Below, one piece after another: positions 14,401-27,509 of a stretch of DNA of 64,000 bases (its first letter is position 1; each line of letters opens with the position of its first letter). The stretch comes from Nemertoderma westbladi (Eukaryota; Animalia; Xenacoelomorpha). The position numbers and the translations under genes were made by a program. The notes below the pieces were generated by a model. That model worked only from the letters and a program-made list of their open reading frames with translations. It was not told where the DNA came from and made no database searches. The DNA lies in NCBI GenBank assembly GCA_032718475.1, contig JAUCBJ010001825.1, forward strand, positions 1 through 64,000, in the 5' to 3' direction.

Positions 14401-17400
14401 ACAGGTTTTTCCGCCCTCCCTTCCGTGTTTATATAATTTATGTTTCTTACAGGTTTTTCCGCCCTCCCTTCTGTGTTTATATAATTTATGTTTCTTACAG
14501 GTTTTTCCGCCCTCCCTTCCGTGTTTATATAATTTATGTTTCTTACAGGTTTTTCTGGCCTCCCTTCTATATTTATATAATTTATGTTTCTTACAGGTTT
14601 TTCCGCCCTCCCTTCTGTGTTTATATAATTTATGTTTCTTACAGGTTTTTCCGTCCTCCCTTCTGTGTTTATATAATTTATGTTTCTTACAGGTTTTTCC
14701 GCCCTCCCTTCCGTGTTTATATAATTTATGTTTCTTACAGGTTTTTCCGCCCTCCCTTCTGTGTTATATAATTTATGTTTCTTACAGGTTTTTCCGCCCG
14801 CCCTTCCGTGTTTATATAATTTATGTTTCTTACCGGTTTTTCTGCCCTCCCTTCTATATTTATATAATTTATGTTTCTTACAGGTTTTTCCGCCCTCCCT
14901 TCCGTGTTTATATAATTTATGTTTCTTACAGGTTTTTCCGCCCTCCCTTCTGTGTTTATATAATTTATGTTTCTTACAGGTTTTTCCGCCCTCCCTTCCG
15001 TGTTTATATACTTTATGTTTCTTACAGGTTTTTCCGCCCGCCCTTCCGTGTTTATATAATTTATGTTTCTTACCGGTTTTTCTGCCCTCCCTTCTATATT
15101 TATATAATTTATGTTTCTTACAGGTTTTTCCGCCCTCCCTTCCGTGTTTATATAATTTATGTTTCTTACAGGTTTTTCCGCCCTCTCTTCCGTGTTTATA
15201 TAATTTATGTTTCTTACAGGTTTTTCCGCCCTCCCTTCCGTGTTTATATAATTTAAGTTTCTTACAGGTTTTTCTGCCCTCCCTTCTGTATTTATATAAT
15301 TTATGTTTCTTACAGGTTTTTCCACCCTCCCTTCCGTGTTTATATAATTTATGTTTCTTACCGGTTTTTCCGCCCTCCCTTCCGTGTTTATATACTTTAT
15401 GTTTCTTACAGGTTTTTCCGCCCGCCCTTCCGTGTTTATATAATTTAAGTTTCTTACAGGTTTTTCCGCCCTCCCTTCTGTATATAATTTATGTTTCTTA
15501 CAGGTTTTTCCGCCCTCCTTTCTGTATTTATATAATTTATGTTTCTTGCCGGTTTTTCCGCCCTCCCTTCTGTGTTTATATAATTTCTGTTTCTTACAGG
15601 TTTTTCCGCCCTCCCTCCTGTGTTTATACTGTATAATTGATGTTTCTTACCGGTTTTTCCGCCCTCCCTTCCGTGTTTATATACTTTATGTTTCTTACAG
15701 GTTTTTCCGCCCTCCTTTCTGTATTTATATAATTTATGTTTCTTGCCGGTTTTTCCGCCCTCCCTTCTGTGTTTATATAATTTCTGTTTCTTACAGGTTT
15801 TTCCGCCCTCCCTCCTGTGTTTATACTGTATAATTGATGTTTCTTACCGGTTTTTCCGCCCTCCCTTCTGTATTTATATTTATGTTTCTTACCGGTTTTT
15901 CCGCCCTCCCTTCTGTGTTTATATAATTTATGTTTCTTACAGGTTTTTCCGCCCTCCCTTCTGTGTTTATATAATTTCTGTTTCTTACAGGTTTTTCCGC
16001 CCTCCCTCCTGTGTTTATACTGTATAATTGATGTTTCTTACCGGTTTTTCCGCCCTCCCTTCTGTATTTATATTTATGTTTCTTACCGGTTTTTCCGCCC
16101 TCCCTTCTGTGTTTATATAATTTATGTTTCTTACAGGTTTTTCCGCCCTCCTTTCCGTGTTTATATAATTTAAGTTTCTTACAGGTTTTTCTGCCCTCCC
16201 TTCCGTGTTTATATAATTTATGTTTCTTACAGGTTTTTCCGCCCTCCCTTCCGTGTTTATATACTTGTTGTTTCTTACAGGTTTTTCCGCCCTCCCTTCC
16301 GTGTTTATATACTTGATGTTTCTTACAGGTTTTTCCGCCCGCCCTTCCGTGTTTATATAATTTAAGTTTCTTACAGGTTTTTCCGCCCTCCCTTCTGTAC
16401 CGTATATAATTTATGTTTCTTACCGGTTTTTCCGCCCTCCCTTCCGTATTTATATAATTTATGTTTCTTACAGGTTTTTCCGCCCTCCCTTCCGTGTTTA
16501 TATACTTGATGTTTCTTACAGGTTTTTCCGCCCGCCCTTCCGTGTTTATATAATTTTAGTTTCTTACAGGTTTTTCCGCCCTCCCTTCTGTATATAATTT
16601 ATGTTTCTTACCGGTTTTTCCGCCCTCCCTTCCGTGTTTATATAATTTATGTTTCTTACAGGTTTTTCCGCCCTCCCTTCCGTGTTTATATACTTTATGT
16701 TTCTTACAGGTTTTTCCGCCCTCCCTTCTGTATTTATATAATTTATGTTTCTTACAGGTTTTTCCACCATCCCTTCCGTGTTTATATACTTTATGTTTCT
16801 TACAGGTTTTTCTGCCCTCCCTTCTGTATTTATATAATTTATGTTTCTTACAGGTTTTTCCACCCTCCCTTCCGTGTTTATATAATTTATGTTTCTTACA
16901 GGTTTTTCCACCCTCCCTTCCGTGTTTATATACTTTATGTTTCTTACAGGTTTTTCTGCCCTCCCTTCTGTATTTATATAATTTATGTTTCTTACAGGTT
17001 TTTCCACCCTCCCTTCCGTGTTTATATAATTTATGTTTCTTACAGGTTTTTCTGCCCTCCCTTCTGTATTTATATAATTTATGTTTCTTACAGGTTTTTC
17101 CACCCTCCCTTCCGTGTTTATATAATTTATGTTTCTTACAGGTTTTTCCGCCCTCCCTTCTGTATTTATATAATTTATGTTTCTTACAGGTTTTTCCACC
17201 CTCCATTCCGTGTTTATATAATTTATGTTTCTTACAGGTTTTTCCACCCTCCCTTCTGTGTTTATATACTTTATGTTTCTTACAGGTTTTTCCACCCTCC
17301 CTTCTGTGTTTATATACTTTATGTTTTTACAGGTTTTTCCGCCCTCCCTTCTGTGTTTATATACTTTATGTTTCTTACAGGTTTTTCCGCCCTCCCTTCT

Positions 17401-20400
17401 GTGTTTATATACTTTATGTTTTACAGGTTTTTCCGCCCTCCCTTCTGTGTTTATATACTTTATGTTTCTTACAGGTTTTTCCACCCTCCCTTCTGTGTTT
17501 ATATACTTTATGTTTTTACAGGTTTTTCCGCCCTCCCTTCTGTGTTTATATACTTTATGTTTCTTACAGGTTTTTCCGCCCTCCCTTCTGTGTTTATATA
17601 CTTTATGTTTCTTGCAGGTTTTTCCACCCCCCCTTTCGTGTTTATATACTTTGTTTCTTACAGGTTTTTCCGCCCTCCCTTCTGTATTTATATAATTTAT
17701 GTTTCTTACAGGTTTTTCCGCCCTCCCTTCCGTGTTTATATAATTTATGTTTCTTGCCGGTTTTTCCGCCCTCCCTTCTGTATATAATTTATGTTTCTTA
17801 CCGGTTTTTCCGCCCTCCCTTCTGTATATAATTTATGTTTCTTACAGGTTTTTCCACCCTCCCTTCTGTGTTTATATAATTTAAGTTTCTTACAAGTTTT
17901 TCTGCCCCCCCTTCCGTATTTATATAATTTATGTTTCTTATCGGTTTTTCCGCCCTCCCTTCCGTGTTTATATAATTTATGTTTCTTACAGGTTTTTCCG
18001 TCCTCCCTTCCGTGTTTATATAATTTATGTTTCTTACAGGTTTTTCCGCCCTCCCTTCTGTGTTTATATAATTTATGTTTCTTACAGGTTTTTCCGCCCT
18101 CCCTTCCGTGTTTATATAATTTATGTTTCTTACAGGTTTTTCCGCCCTCCCTTCTGTGTTTATATAATTTATGTTTCTTACAGGTTTTTCCGCCCTCCCT
18201 TCCGTGTTTATATAATTTATGTTTCTTACAGGTTTTTCCGCCCTCCCTTCTGTGTTTATATAATTTATGTTTCTTACAGGTTTTTCCGCCCTCCCTTCCG
18301 TGTTTATATAATTTATGTTTCTTACAGGTTTTTCCGCCCTCCCTTCTGTGTTTATATAATTTATGTTTCTTACAGGTTTTTCCGCCCTCCCTTCCGTGTT
18401 TATATAATTTATGTTTCTTACAGGTTTTTCCGCCCTCCCTTCTGTGTTATATAATTTATGTTTCTTACAGGTTTTTCCGCCCTCCCTTCTGTGTTATATA
18501 ATTTATGTTTCTTACAGGTTTTTCCGCCCGCCCTTCCGTGTTTATATAATTTATGTTTCTTACCGGTTTTTCTGCCCTCCCTTCTATATTTAGATAATTT
18601 ATGTTTCTTACAGGTTTTTCCGCCTTCCCTTCCGTGTTTATATAATTTATGTTTCTTACAGGTTTTTCCGCCCTCCCTTCTGTGTTTATATAATTTATGT
18701 TTCTTACAGGTTTTTCCGCCCGGCCTTCCGTGTTTATATAATTTATGTTTCTTACCGGTTTTTCTGCCCTTCCTTCTATATTTATATAATTTATGTTTCT
18801 TACAGGTTTTTCCGCCCTCCCTTCCGTGTTTATATAATTTATGTTTCTTACAGGTTTTTCCGCCCACCCTTCTGTGTTTATATAATTTATGTTTCTTACA
18901 GGTTTTTCCGCCCTCCCTTCCGTGTTTATATAATTTATGTTTCTTACAGGTTTTTCCGCCCTCCCTTCTGTGTTATATAATTTATGTTTCTTACAGGTTT
19001 TTCCGCCCGCCCTTCCGTGTTTATATAATTTATGTTTCTTACAGGTTTTTCCGCCCTCCCTTCTGTGTTATATAATTTATGTTTCTTACCGGTTTTTCTG
19101 CCCTCCCTTCTATATTTATATAATTTATGTTTCTTACAGGTTTTTCCGCCCTCCCTTCCGTGTTTATACAATTTATGTTTCTTACAGGTTTTTCCGCCCT
19201 CCCTTCCGTGTTTATATAATTTATGTTTCTTACAGGTTTTTCCGCCCTCCCTTCCGTGTTTATATAATTTATGTTTCTTTACCGGTTTTTCGCCCTCCCT
19301 TCTGTATTTATATAATTTATGTTTCTTACAGGTTTTTCCGCCCTCCCTTCCGTGTTTATATAATTTATGTTTCTTACAGGTTTTTCCGCCCTCCCTTCTG
19401 TGTTATATAATTTATGTTTCTTACAGGTTTTTCCGCCCTCCCTTCTGTGTTATATAATTTATGTTTCTTACAGGTTTTTCCGCCCGCCCTTCCGTGTTTA
19501 TATAATTTATGTTTCTTACCGGTTTTTCTGCCCTCCCTTCTATATTTATATAATTTATGTTTCTTACAGGTTTTTCCGCCCTCCCTTCCGTGTTTATATA
19601 ATTTATGTTTCTTACAGGTTTTTCCGCCCTCCCTTCTGTATTTATATAATTTATGTTTCTTACAGGTTTTTCCACCATCCCTTCCGTGTTTATATACTTT
19701 ATGTTTCTTACAGGTTTTTCTGCCCTCCCTTCTGTATTTATATAATTTATGTTTCTTACAGGTTTTTCCACCATCCCTTCCGTGTTTATATACTTTATGT
19801 TTCTTACAGGTTTTTCCGCCCTCCCTTCTGTATTTATATAATTTATGTTTCTTACAGGTTTTTCCACCATCCCTTCCGTGTTTATATACTTTATGTTTCT
19901 TACAGGTTTTTCTGCCCTCCCTTCTGTATTTATATAATTTATGTTTCTTACAGGTTTTTCCACCCTCCCTTCCGTGTTTATATAATTTATGTTTCTTACA
20001 GGTTTTTCCACCCTCCCTTCCGTGTTTATATACTTTATGTTTCTTACAGGTTTTTCTGCCCTCCCTTCTGTATTTATATAATTTATGTTTCTTACAGGTT
20101 TTTCCACCCTCCCTTCCGTGTTTATATAATTTATGTTTCTTACAGGTTTTTCTGCCCTCCCTTCTGTATTTATATAATTTATGTTTCTTACAGGTTTTTC
20201 CACCCTCCCTTCCGTGTTTATATAATTTATGTTTCTTACAGGTTTTTCCGCCCTCCCTTCTGTATTTATATAATTTATGTTTCTTACAGGTTTTTCCACC
20301 CTCCATTCCGTGTTTATATAATTTATGTTTCTTACAGGTTTTTCCACCCTCCCTTCTGTGTTTATATACTTTATGTTTCTTACAGGTTTTTCCACCCTCC

Positions 20401-23400
20401 CTTCTGTGTTTATATACTTTATGTTTTTACAGGTTTTTCCGCCCTCCCTTCTGTGTTTATATACTTTATGTTTCTTACAGGTTTTTCCGCCCTCCCTTCT
20501 GTGTTTATATACTTTATGTTTTACAGGTTTTTCCGCCCTCCCTTCTGTGTTTATATACTTTATGTTTCTTACAGGTTTTTCCACCCTCCCTTCTGTGTTT
20601 ATATACTTTATGTTTTTACAGGTTTTTCCGCCCTCCCTTCTGTGTTTATATACTTTATGTTTCTTACAGGTTTTTCCGCCCTCCCTTCTGTGTTTATATA
20701 CTTTATGTTTCTTGCAGGTTTTTCCACCCCCCCTTTCGTGTTTATATACTTTGTTTCTTACAGGTTTTTCCGCCCTCCCTTCTGTATTTATATAATTTAT
20801 GTTTCTTACAGGTTTTTCCGCCCTCCCTTCCGTGTTTATATAATTTATGTTTCTTACAGGTTTTTCCACCCTCCCTTCTGTGTTTATATACTTTATGTTT
20901 CTTACAGGTTTTTCCACCCTCCCTTCTGTGTTTATATACTTTATGTTTTTACAGGTTTTTCCGCCCTCCCTTCTGTGTTTATATACTTTATGTTTCTTAC
21001 AGGTTTTTCCGCCCTCCCTTCTGTGTTTATATACTTTATGTTTTACAGGTTTTTCCGCCCTCCCTTCTGTGTTTATATACTTTATGTTTCTTACAGGTTT
21101 TTCCACCCTCCCTTCTGTGTTTATATACTTTATGTTTTTACAGGTTTTTCCGCCCTCCCTTCTGTGTTTATATACTTTATGTTTCTTACAGGTTTTTCCG
21201 CCCTCCCTTCTGTGTTTATATACTTTATGTTTCTTGCAGGTTTTTCCACCCCCCCTTTCGTGTTTATATACTTTGTTTCTTACAGGTTTTTCCGCCCTCC
21301 CTTCTGTATTTATATAATTTATGTTTCTTACAGGTTTTTCCGCCCTCCCTTCTGTATTTATATAATTTATGTTTCTTACAGGTTTTTCCACCATCCCTTC
21401 CGTGTTTATATACTTTATGTTTCTTACAGGTTTTTCTGCCCTCCCTTCTGTATTTATATAATTTATGTTTCTTACAGGTTTTTCCACCCTCCCTTCCGTG
21501 TTTATATAATTTATGTTTCTTACAGGTTTTTCCACCCTCCCTTCCGTGTTTATATACTTTATGTTTCTTACAGGTTTTTCTGCCCTCCCTTCTGTATTTA
21601 TATAATTTATGTTTCTTACAGGTTTTTCCACCCTCCCTTCCGTGTTTATATAATTTATGTTTCTTACAGGTTTTTCTGCCCTCCCTTCTGTATTTATATA
21701 ATTTATGTTTCTTACAGGTTTTTCCACCCTCCCTTCCGTGTTTATATAATTTATGTTTCTTACAGGTTTTTCCGCCCTCCCTTCTGTATTTATATAATTT
21801 ATGTTTCTTACAGGTTTTTCCACCCTCCATTCCGTGTTTATATAATTTATGTTTCTTACAGGTTTTTCCACCCTCCCTTCTGTGTTTATATACTTTATGT
21901 TTCTTACAGGTTTTTCCACCCTCCCTTCTGTGTTTATATACTTTATGTTTTTACAGGTTTTTCCGCCCTCCCTTCTGTGTTTATATACTTTATGTTTCTT
22001 ACAGGTTTTTCCGCCCTCCCTTCTGTGTTTATATACTTTATGTTTTACAGGTTTTTCCGCCCTCCCTTCTGTGTTTATATACTTTATGTTTCTTACAGGT
22101 TTTTCCACCCTCCCTTCTGTGTTTATATACTTTATGTTTTTACAGGTTTTTCCGCCCTCCCTTCTGTGTTTATATACTTTATGTTTCTTACAGGTTTTTC
22201 CGCCCTCCCTTCTGTGTTTATATACTTTATGTTTCTTGCAGGTTTTTCCACCCCCCCTTTCGTGTTTATATACTTTGTTTCTTACAGGTTTTTCCGCCCT
22301 CCCTTCTGTATTTATATAATTTATGTTTCTTACAGGTTTTTCCGCCCTCCCTTCCGTGTTTATATAATTTATGTTTCTTGCCGGTTTTTCCGCCCTCCCT
22401 TCTGTATATAATTTATGTTTCTTACCGGTTTTTCCGCCCTCCCTTCTATATATAATTTATGTTTCTTACAGGTTTTTCCACCCTCCCTTCTGTGTTTATA
22501 TAATTTAAGTTTCTTACAAGTTTTTCTGCCCCCCCTTCCGTATTTATATAATTTATGTTTCTTATCGGTTTTTCCGCCCTCCCTTCCGTGTTTATATAAT
22601 TTATGTTTCTTACAGGTTTTTCCGTCCTCCCTTCCGTGTTTATATAATTTATGTTTCTTACAGGTTTTTCCGCCCTCCCTTCTGTGTTTATATAATTTAT
22701 GTTTCTTACAGGTTTTTCCGCCCTCCCTTCCGTGTTTATATAATTTATGTTTCTTACAGGTTTTTCCGCCCTCCCTTCTGTGTTTATATAATTTATGTTT
22801 CTTACAGGTTTTTCCGCCCTCCCTTCCGTGTTTATATAATTTATGTTTCTTACAGGTTTTTCCGCCCTCCCTTCTGTGTTTATATAATTTATGTTTCTTA
22901 CAGGTTTTTCCGCCCTCCCTTCCGTGTTTATATAATTTATGTTTCTTACAGGTTTTTCCGCCCTCCCTTCTGTGTTTATATAATTTATGTTTCTTACAGG
23001 TTTTTCCGCCCTCCCTTCCGTGTTTATATAATTTATGTTTCTTACAGGTTTTTCCGCCCTCCCTTCTGTGTTATATAATTTATGTTTCTTACAGGTTTTT
23101 CCGCCCTCCCTTCTGTGTTATATAATTTATGTTTCTTACAGGTTTTTCCGCCCGCCCTTCCGTGTTTATATAATTTATGTTTCTTACCGGTTTTTCTGCC
23201 CTCCCTTCTATATTTAGATAATTTATGTTTCTTACAGGTTTTTCCGCCCTCCCTTCCGTGTTTATATAATTTATGTTTCTTACAGGTTTTTCCGCCCTCC
23301 CTTCTGTGTTATATAATTTATGTTTCTTACAGGTTTTTCCGCCCTCCCTTCTGTGTTTATATAATTTATGTTTCTTACAGGTTTTTCCGCCCGCCCTTCC

Positions 23401-25993
23401 GTGTTTATATAATTTATGTTTCTTACCGGTTTTTCTGCCCTTCCTTCTATATTTATATAATTTATGTTTCTTACAGGTTTTTCCGCCCTCCCTTCCGTGT
23501 TTATATAATTTATGTTTCTTACAGGTTTTTCCGCCCTCCCTTCTGTGTTTATATAATTTATGTTTCTTACAGGTTTTTCCGCCCTCCCTTCCGTGTTTAT
23601 ATAATTTATGTTTCTTACAGGTTTTTCCGCCCTCCCTTCTGTGTTATATAATTTATGTTTCTTACAGGTTTTTCCGCCCGCCCTTCCGTGTTTATATAAT
23701 TTATGTTTCTTACAGGTTTTTCCGCCCTCCCTTCTGTGTTATATAATTTATGTTTCTTACCGGTTTTTCTGCCCTCCCTTCTATATTTATATAATTTATG
23801 TTTCTTACAGGTTTTTCCGCCCTCCCTTCCGTGTTTATATAATTTATGTTTCTTACAGGTTTTTCCGCCCTCCCTTCCGTGTTTATATAATTTATGTTTC
23901 TTACAGGTTTTTCCGCCCTCCCTTCCGTGTTTATATAATTTATGTTTCTTACAGGTTTTTCCGCCCGCCCTTCCGTGTTTATATAATTTATGTTTCTTAC
24001 CGGTTTTTCTGCCCTCCCTTCTATATTTAGATAATTTATGTTTCTTACAGGTTTTTCCGCCCTCCCTTCCGTGTTTATATAATTTATGTTTCTTACAGGT
24101 TTTTCCGCCCTCCCTTCTGTGTTTATATAATTTATGTTTCTTACAGGTTTTTCCGCCCGCCCTTCCGTGTTTATATAATTTATGTTTCTTACCGGTTTTT
24201 CTGCCCTTCCTTCTATATTTATATAATTTATGTTTCTTACAGGTTTTTCCGCCCTCCCTTCCGTGTTTATATAATTTATGTTTCTTACAGGTTTTTCCGC
24301 CCTCCCTTCTGTGTTTATATAATTTATGTTTCTTACAGGTTTTTCCGCCCTCCCTTCCGTGTTTATATAATTTATGTTTCTTACAGGTTTTTCCGCCCTC
24401 CCTTCTGTGTTATATAATTTATGTTTCTTACAGGTTTTTCCGCCCGCCCTTCCGTGTTTATATAATTTATGTTTCTTACAGGTTTTTCCGCCCTCCCTTC
24501 TGTGTTATATAATTTATGTTTCTTACCGGTTTTTCTGCCCTCCCTTCTATATTTATATAATTTATGTTTCTTACAGGTTTTTCCGCCCTCCCTTCCGTGT
24601 TTATATAATTTATGTTTCTTACAGGTTTTTCCGCCCTCCCTTCCGTGTTTATATAATTTATGTTTCTTACAGGTTTTTCCGCCCTCCCTTCCGTGTTTAT
24701 ATAATTTATGTTTCTTTACCGGTTTTTCGCCCTCCCTTCTGTATTTATATAATTTATGTTTCTTACAGGTTTTTCCGCCCTCCCTTCCGTGTTTATATAA
24801 TTTATGTTTCTTACAGGTTTTTCCGCCCTCCCTTCTGTGTTATATAATTTATGTTTCTTACAGGTTTTTCCGCCCTCCCTTCTGTGTTATATAATTTATG
24901 TTTCTTACAGGTTTTTCCGCCCGCCCTTCCGTGTTTATATAATTTATGTTTCTTACCGGTTTTTCTGCCCTCCCTTCTATATTTATATAATTTATGTTTC
25001 TTACAGGTTTTTCCGCCCTCCCTTCCGTGTTTATATAATTTATGTTTCTTACAGGTTTTTCCGCCCTCCCTTCTGTGTTTATATAATTTATGTTTCTTAC
25101 AGGTTTTTCCGCCCTCCCTTCTGTGTTATATAATTTATGTTTCTTACAGGTTTTTCCGCCCGCCCTTCCGTGTTTATATAATTTATGTTTCTTACCGGTT
25201 TTTCTGCCCTCCCTTCTATATTTATATAATTTATGTTTCTTACAGGTTTTTCCGCCCTCCCTTCCGTGTTTATATAATTTATGTTTCTTACAGGTTTTTC
25301 CGCCCTCCCTTCTGTGTTTATATAATTTATGTTTCTTACAGGTTTTTCCGCCCTCCCTTCCGTGTTTATATACTTTATGTTTCTTACAGGTTTTTCCGCC
25401 CGCCCTTCCGTGTTTATATAATTTATGTTTCTTACCGGTTTTTCTGCCCTCCCTTCTATATTTATATAATTTATGTTTCTTACAGGTTTTTCCGCCCTCC
25501 CTTCCGTGTTTATATAATTTATGTTTCTTACAGGTTTTTCCGCCCTCCCTTCCGTGTTTATATAATTTATGTTTCTTACCGGTTTTTCCGCCCTCCCTTC
25601 CGTGTTTATATAATTTATGTTTCTTACAGGTTTTTCCGCCCTCCCTTCCGTGTTTATATAATTTATGTTTCTTACAGGTTTTTCCGCCCTCCCTTCTGTG
25701 TTTATATAATTTCTGTTTCTTACCGGTTTTTCCGCCCTCCCTTCTGTGTTTATATAATTTATGTTTCTTACAGGTTTTTCCACCCTCCCTTCCGTGTTTA
25801 TATACTTTATGTTTCTTACAGGTTTTTCTGCCCTCCCTTCTGTATTTATATAATTTATGTTTCTTACAGGTTTTTCCGCCCTCCCTTCTGTGTTTATATA
25901 ATTTATGTTTCTTACCGGTTTTTCCGCCCTCCCTTCTGTGTTTATATAATTTATGTTTCTTACAGGTTTTTCCGCCCTCCCTTCCGTGTTTAT
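2441..25993. repeat. 48-bp tandem satellite, ~490 copies; consensus ATAATTTATGTTTCTTACAG-GTTTTTCCGCCCTCCCTTCYGTGTTTAT
   Basis: Continuous tandem repetition is visible directly, with 16-aa periodicity in all ORF-track translations. Recurrent variants include ACAGG/ACCGG, CCGCC/CCACC/CTGCC, TAAT/TACT and small indels. Confidence 0.98.
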
Positions 25994-26156
25994 CTACTGG
26001 TTTACTTTATCAACGGTACTTATCGTACTGTTTATACGGATTCCTTACTATATTTATCGCGGATGGGGTTTCGTTTTATTTGATTTCGACCATCTTGCCT
26101 GTTTGATAGTGACTGCTGCAGTTTTAGGGGCTCCTGCTGGCAAAGATTTTCTACAG
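25966..26156 (+). CDS. GPCAT: GPCAT/Gpc1 (DUF2838)-like acyltransferase, internal exon A (starts phase 1, ends phase 0)
   Basis: TTCTTACAG acceptor and CAG|GTGTGA donor. Encodes (x)FSALPSVFIYWFTLSTVLIVLFIRIPYYIYRGWGFVLFDFDHLACLIVTAAVLGAPAGKDFLQ, matching the family pattern P...Y/F...R..YY...W.(Y/F).L.DF. Confidence 0.8.
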
Positions 26157-26426
26157 GTGTGACTTTCATTAATCAATATTTCATTTGTTTTCCAATTAAC
26201 TACGCTAATTAACACCCTGCTGCTTACGAACAAAAATAAAACAGTAACCTGTGCAATTGATTCAGTTTATTGTTTTGGTTAGAATATCCGGCAACTACAA
26301 CCTGTTCCTTTCCCATTATTGTTAATCAACATAGTTGAAACGCCAATTGAATTTACGTTGTTACTCCCGGTGAAATACTTTCAGTTTCTTCACCCAATTA
26401 CCACCGCAAACAATAAATTATTTTAG

Positions 26427-26646
26427 ATTTCATTCGGTCTGTCCCATGGACCTCTGCTAGGGGCGATTATATTCTTCAAACATTCACTCGTGTTTCACCA
26501 TGGCAACAGAATGATGGGTGTGTTTGTCCACCTTGCGCCTGCAATGCTAACGTTTCTCGTAAGATGGCGCAGCACTGAGCTATCTCTAAATTGGTACACA
26601 ACATTTTATCAGGAGACAACTAGCGCAGACTTCGTATATACACTAG
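26427..26646 (+). CDS. GPCAT: GPCAT/Gpc1-like exon B (phase 0 to phase 1)
   Basis: TTTTAG acceptor and CTAG|GTGGGT donor. Encodes ISFGLSHGPLLGAIIFFKHSLVFHHGNRMMGVFVHLAPAMLTFLVRW..., matching the family signature GPL..A......SLVFH.....S..IH..P....RW. Confidence 0.88.
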
Positions 26647-27509
26647 GTGGGTCAGTCTGTATGTTGATACATAATGTTTGATCTAAATCAAATATTACGG
26701 GATTATGCCTATGTACTTCATCACCCCAGAAACCAATATGGCACTTTACTTACCTTTCAGCCATTTTACGGCAGTTATTATCACCCACCAATAAGGGGAT
26801 TGCTACCTAATAACGTCAAGGTAGCAATTAAGGCCTTGCGGCCGAACCAACCACAATCACATGTTGCGCACGCTATGCCAATGTCATACAGTGAATGTGT
26901 TATATTGTTTATTATATTGCGAATGGAGTTGTACAGGGGCTAGTCACTATAATCCAACCCCTAATATTGGTGATTAAGTATCTAGAGGGTGCTGGAGATT
27001 CGATTATCTATCCAAACATCGATTAGTCATATATTGTCAATGCTATAGTGATAGCAGCCAATCAGAGCCTAATAAAGTTTGACACATACATTATCTTATC
27101 CAGGTTTCCCGATAACTTCTATATAGTATTGTACATTAGATATTGCACTTCACTTGTCCAGCTGTAGTTCCTGCAGCAAAACCCATAGTTATTACGAACA
27201 AAGATTGACTTATAATTTTCAACCTGTGCGGTGCCACTGCCATGCACAAGCCCGGACTTTGGGCATTAGCTAGTTATCTATCTGCGTTATATTTACTATT
27301 ATACTGTTTATTAACAATATATTGGGAAGTTAAAAGGGCTAACAACAAACTCCGCTTGGCTTCTAGGCTCTACAGCAAGTCTACCAACCTCGATCCCATG
27401 ACAGGTAGATGATCTAAAACCTTAACACAGTGGCAGCAGATGATGGTGTATTGACAGACGGGAGACCATGACAACGTAACGTAGTATTTCCAGGTCTACC
27501 TTTTTCTGA

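Noticed and set aside
2441-25993. CRISPR-like array
   Set aside because: Units are contiguous with no unique spacers, there are no cas genes, and the context is eukaryotic (introns, LINEs, LTR elements). The same applies to the 25-, 63- and 71-bp arrays.
2397-26106. Dozens of long ORFs (up to 1031 aa) such as (KKHKLYKYRREGGKTC)n, (RNINYINTEGRAEKPV)n and (YIIYVSYRFFRPPFRV)n
   Set aside because: Artefacts of a 48-bp (multiple of 3) unit that lacks stops in several frames. They occur on both strands and switch frame at indels. Only the last unit's FSALPSVF frame joins a real exon.
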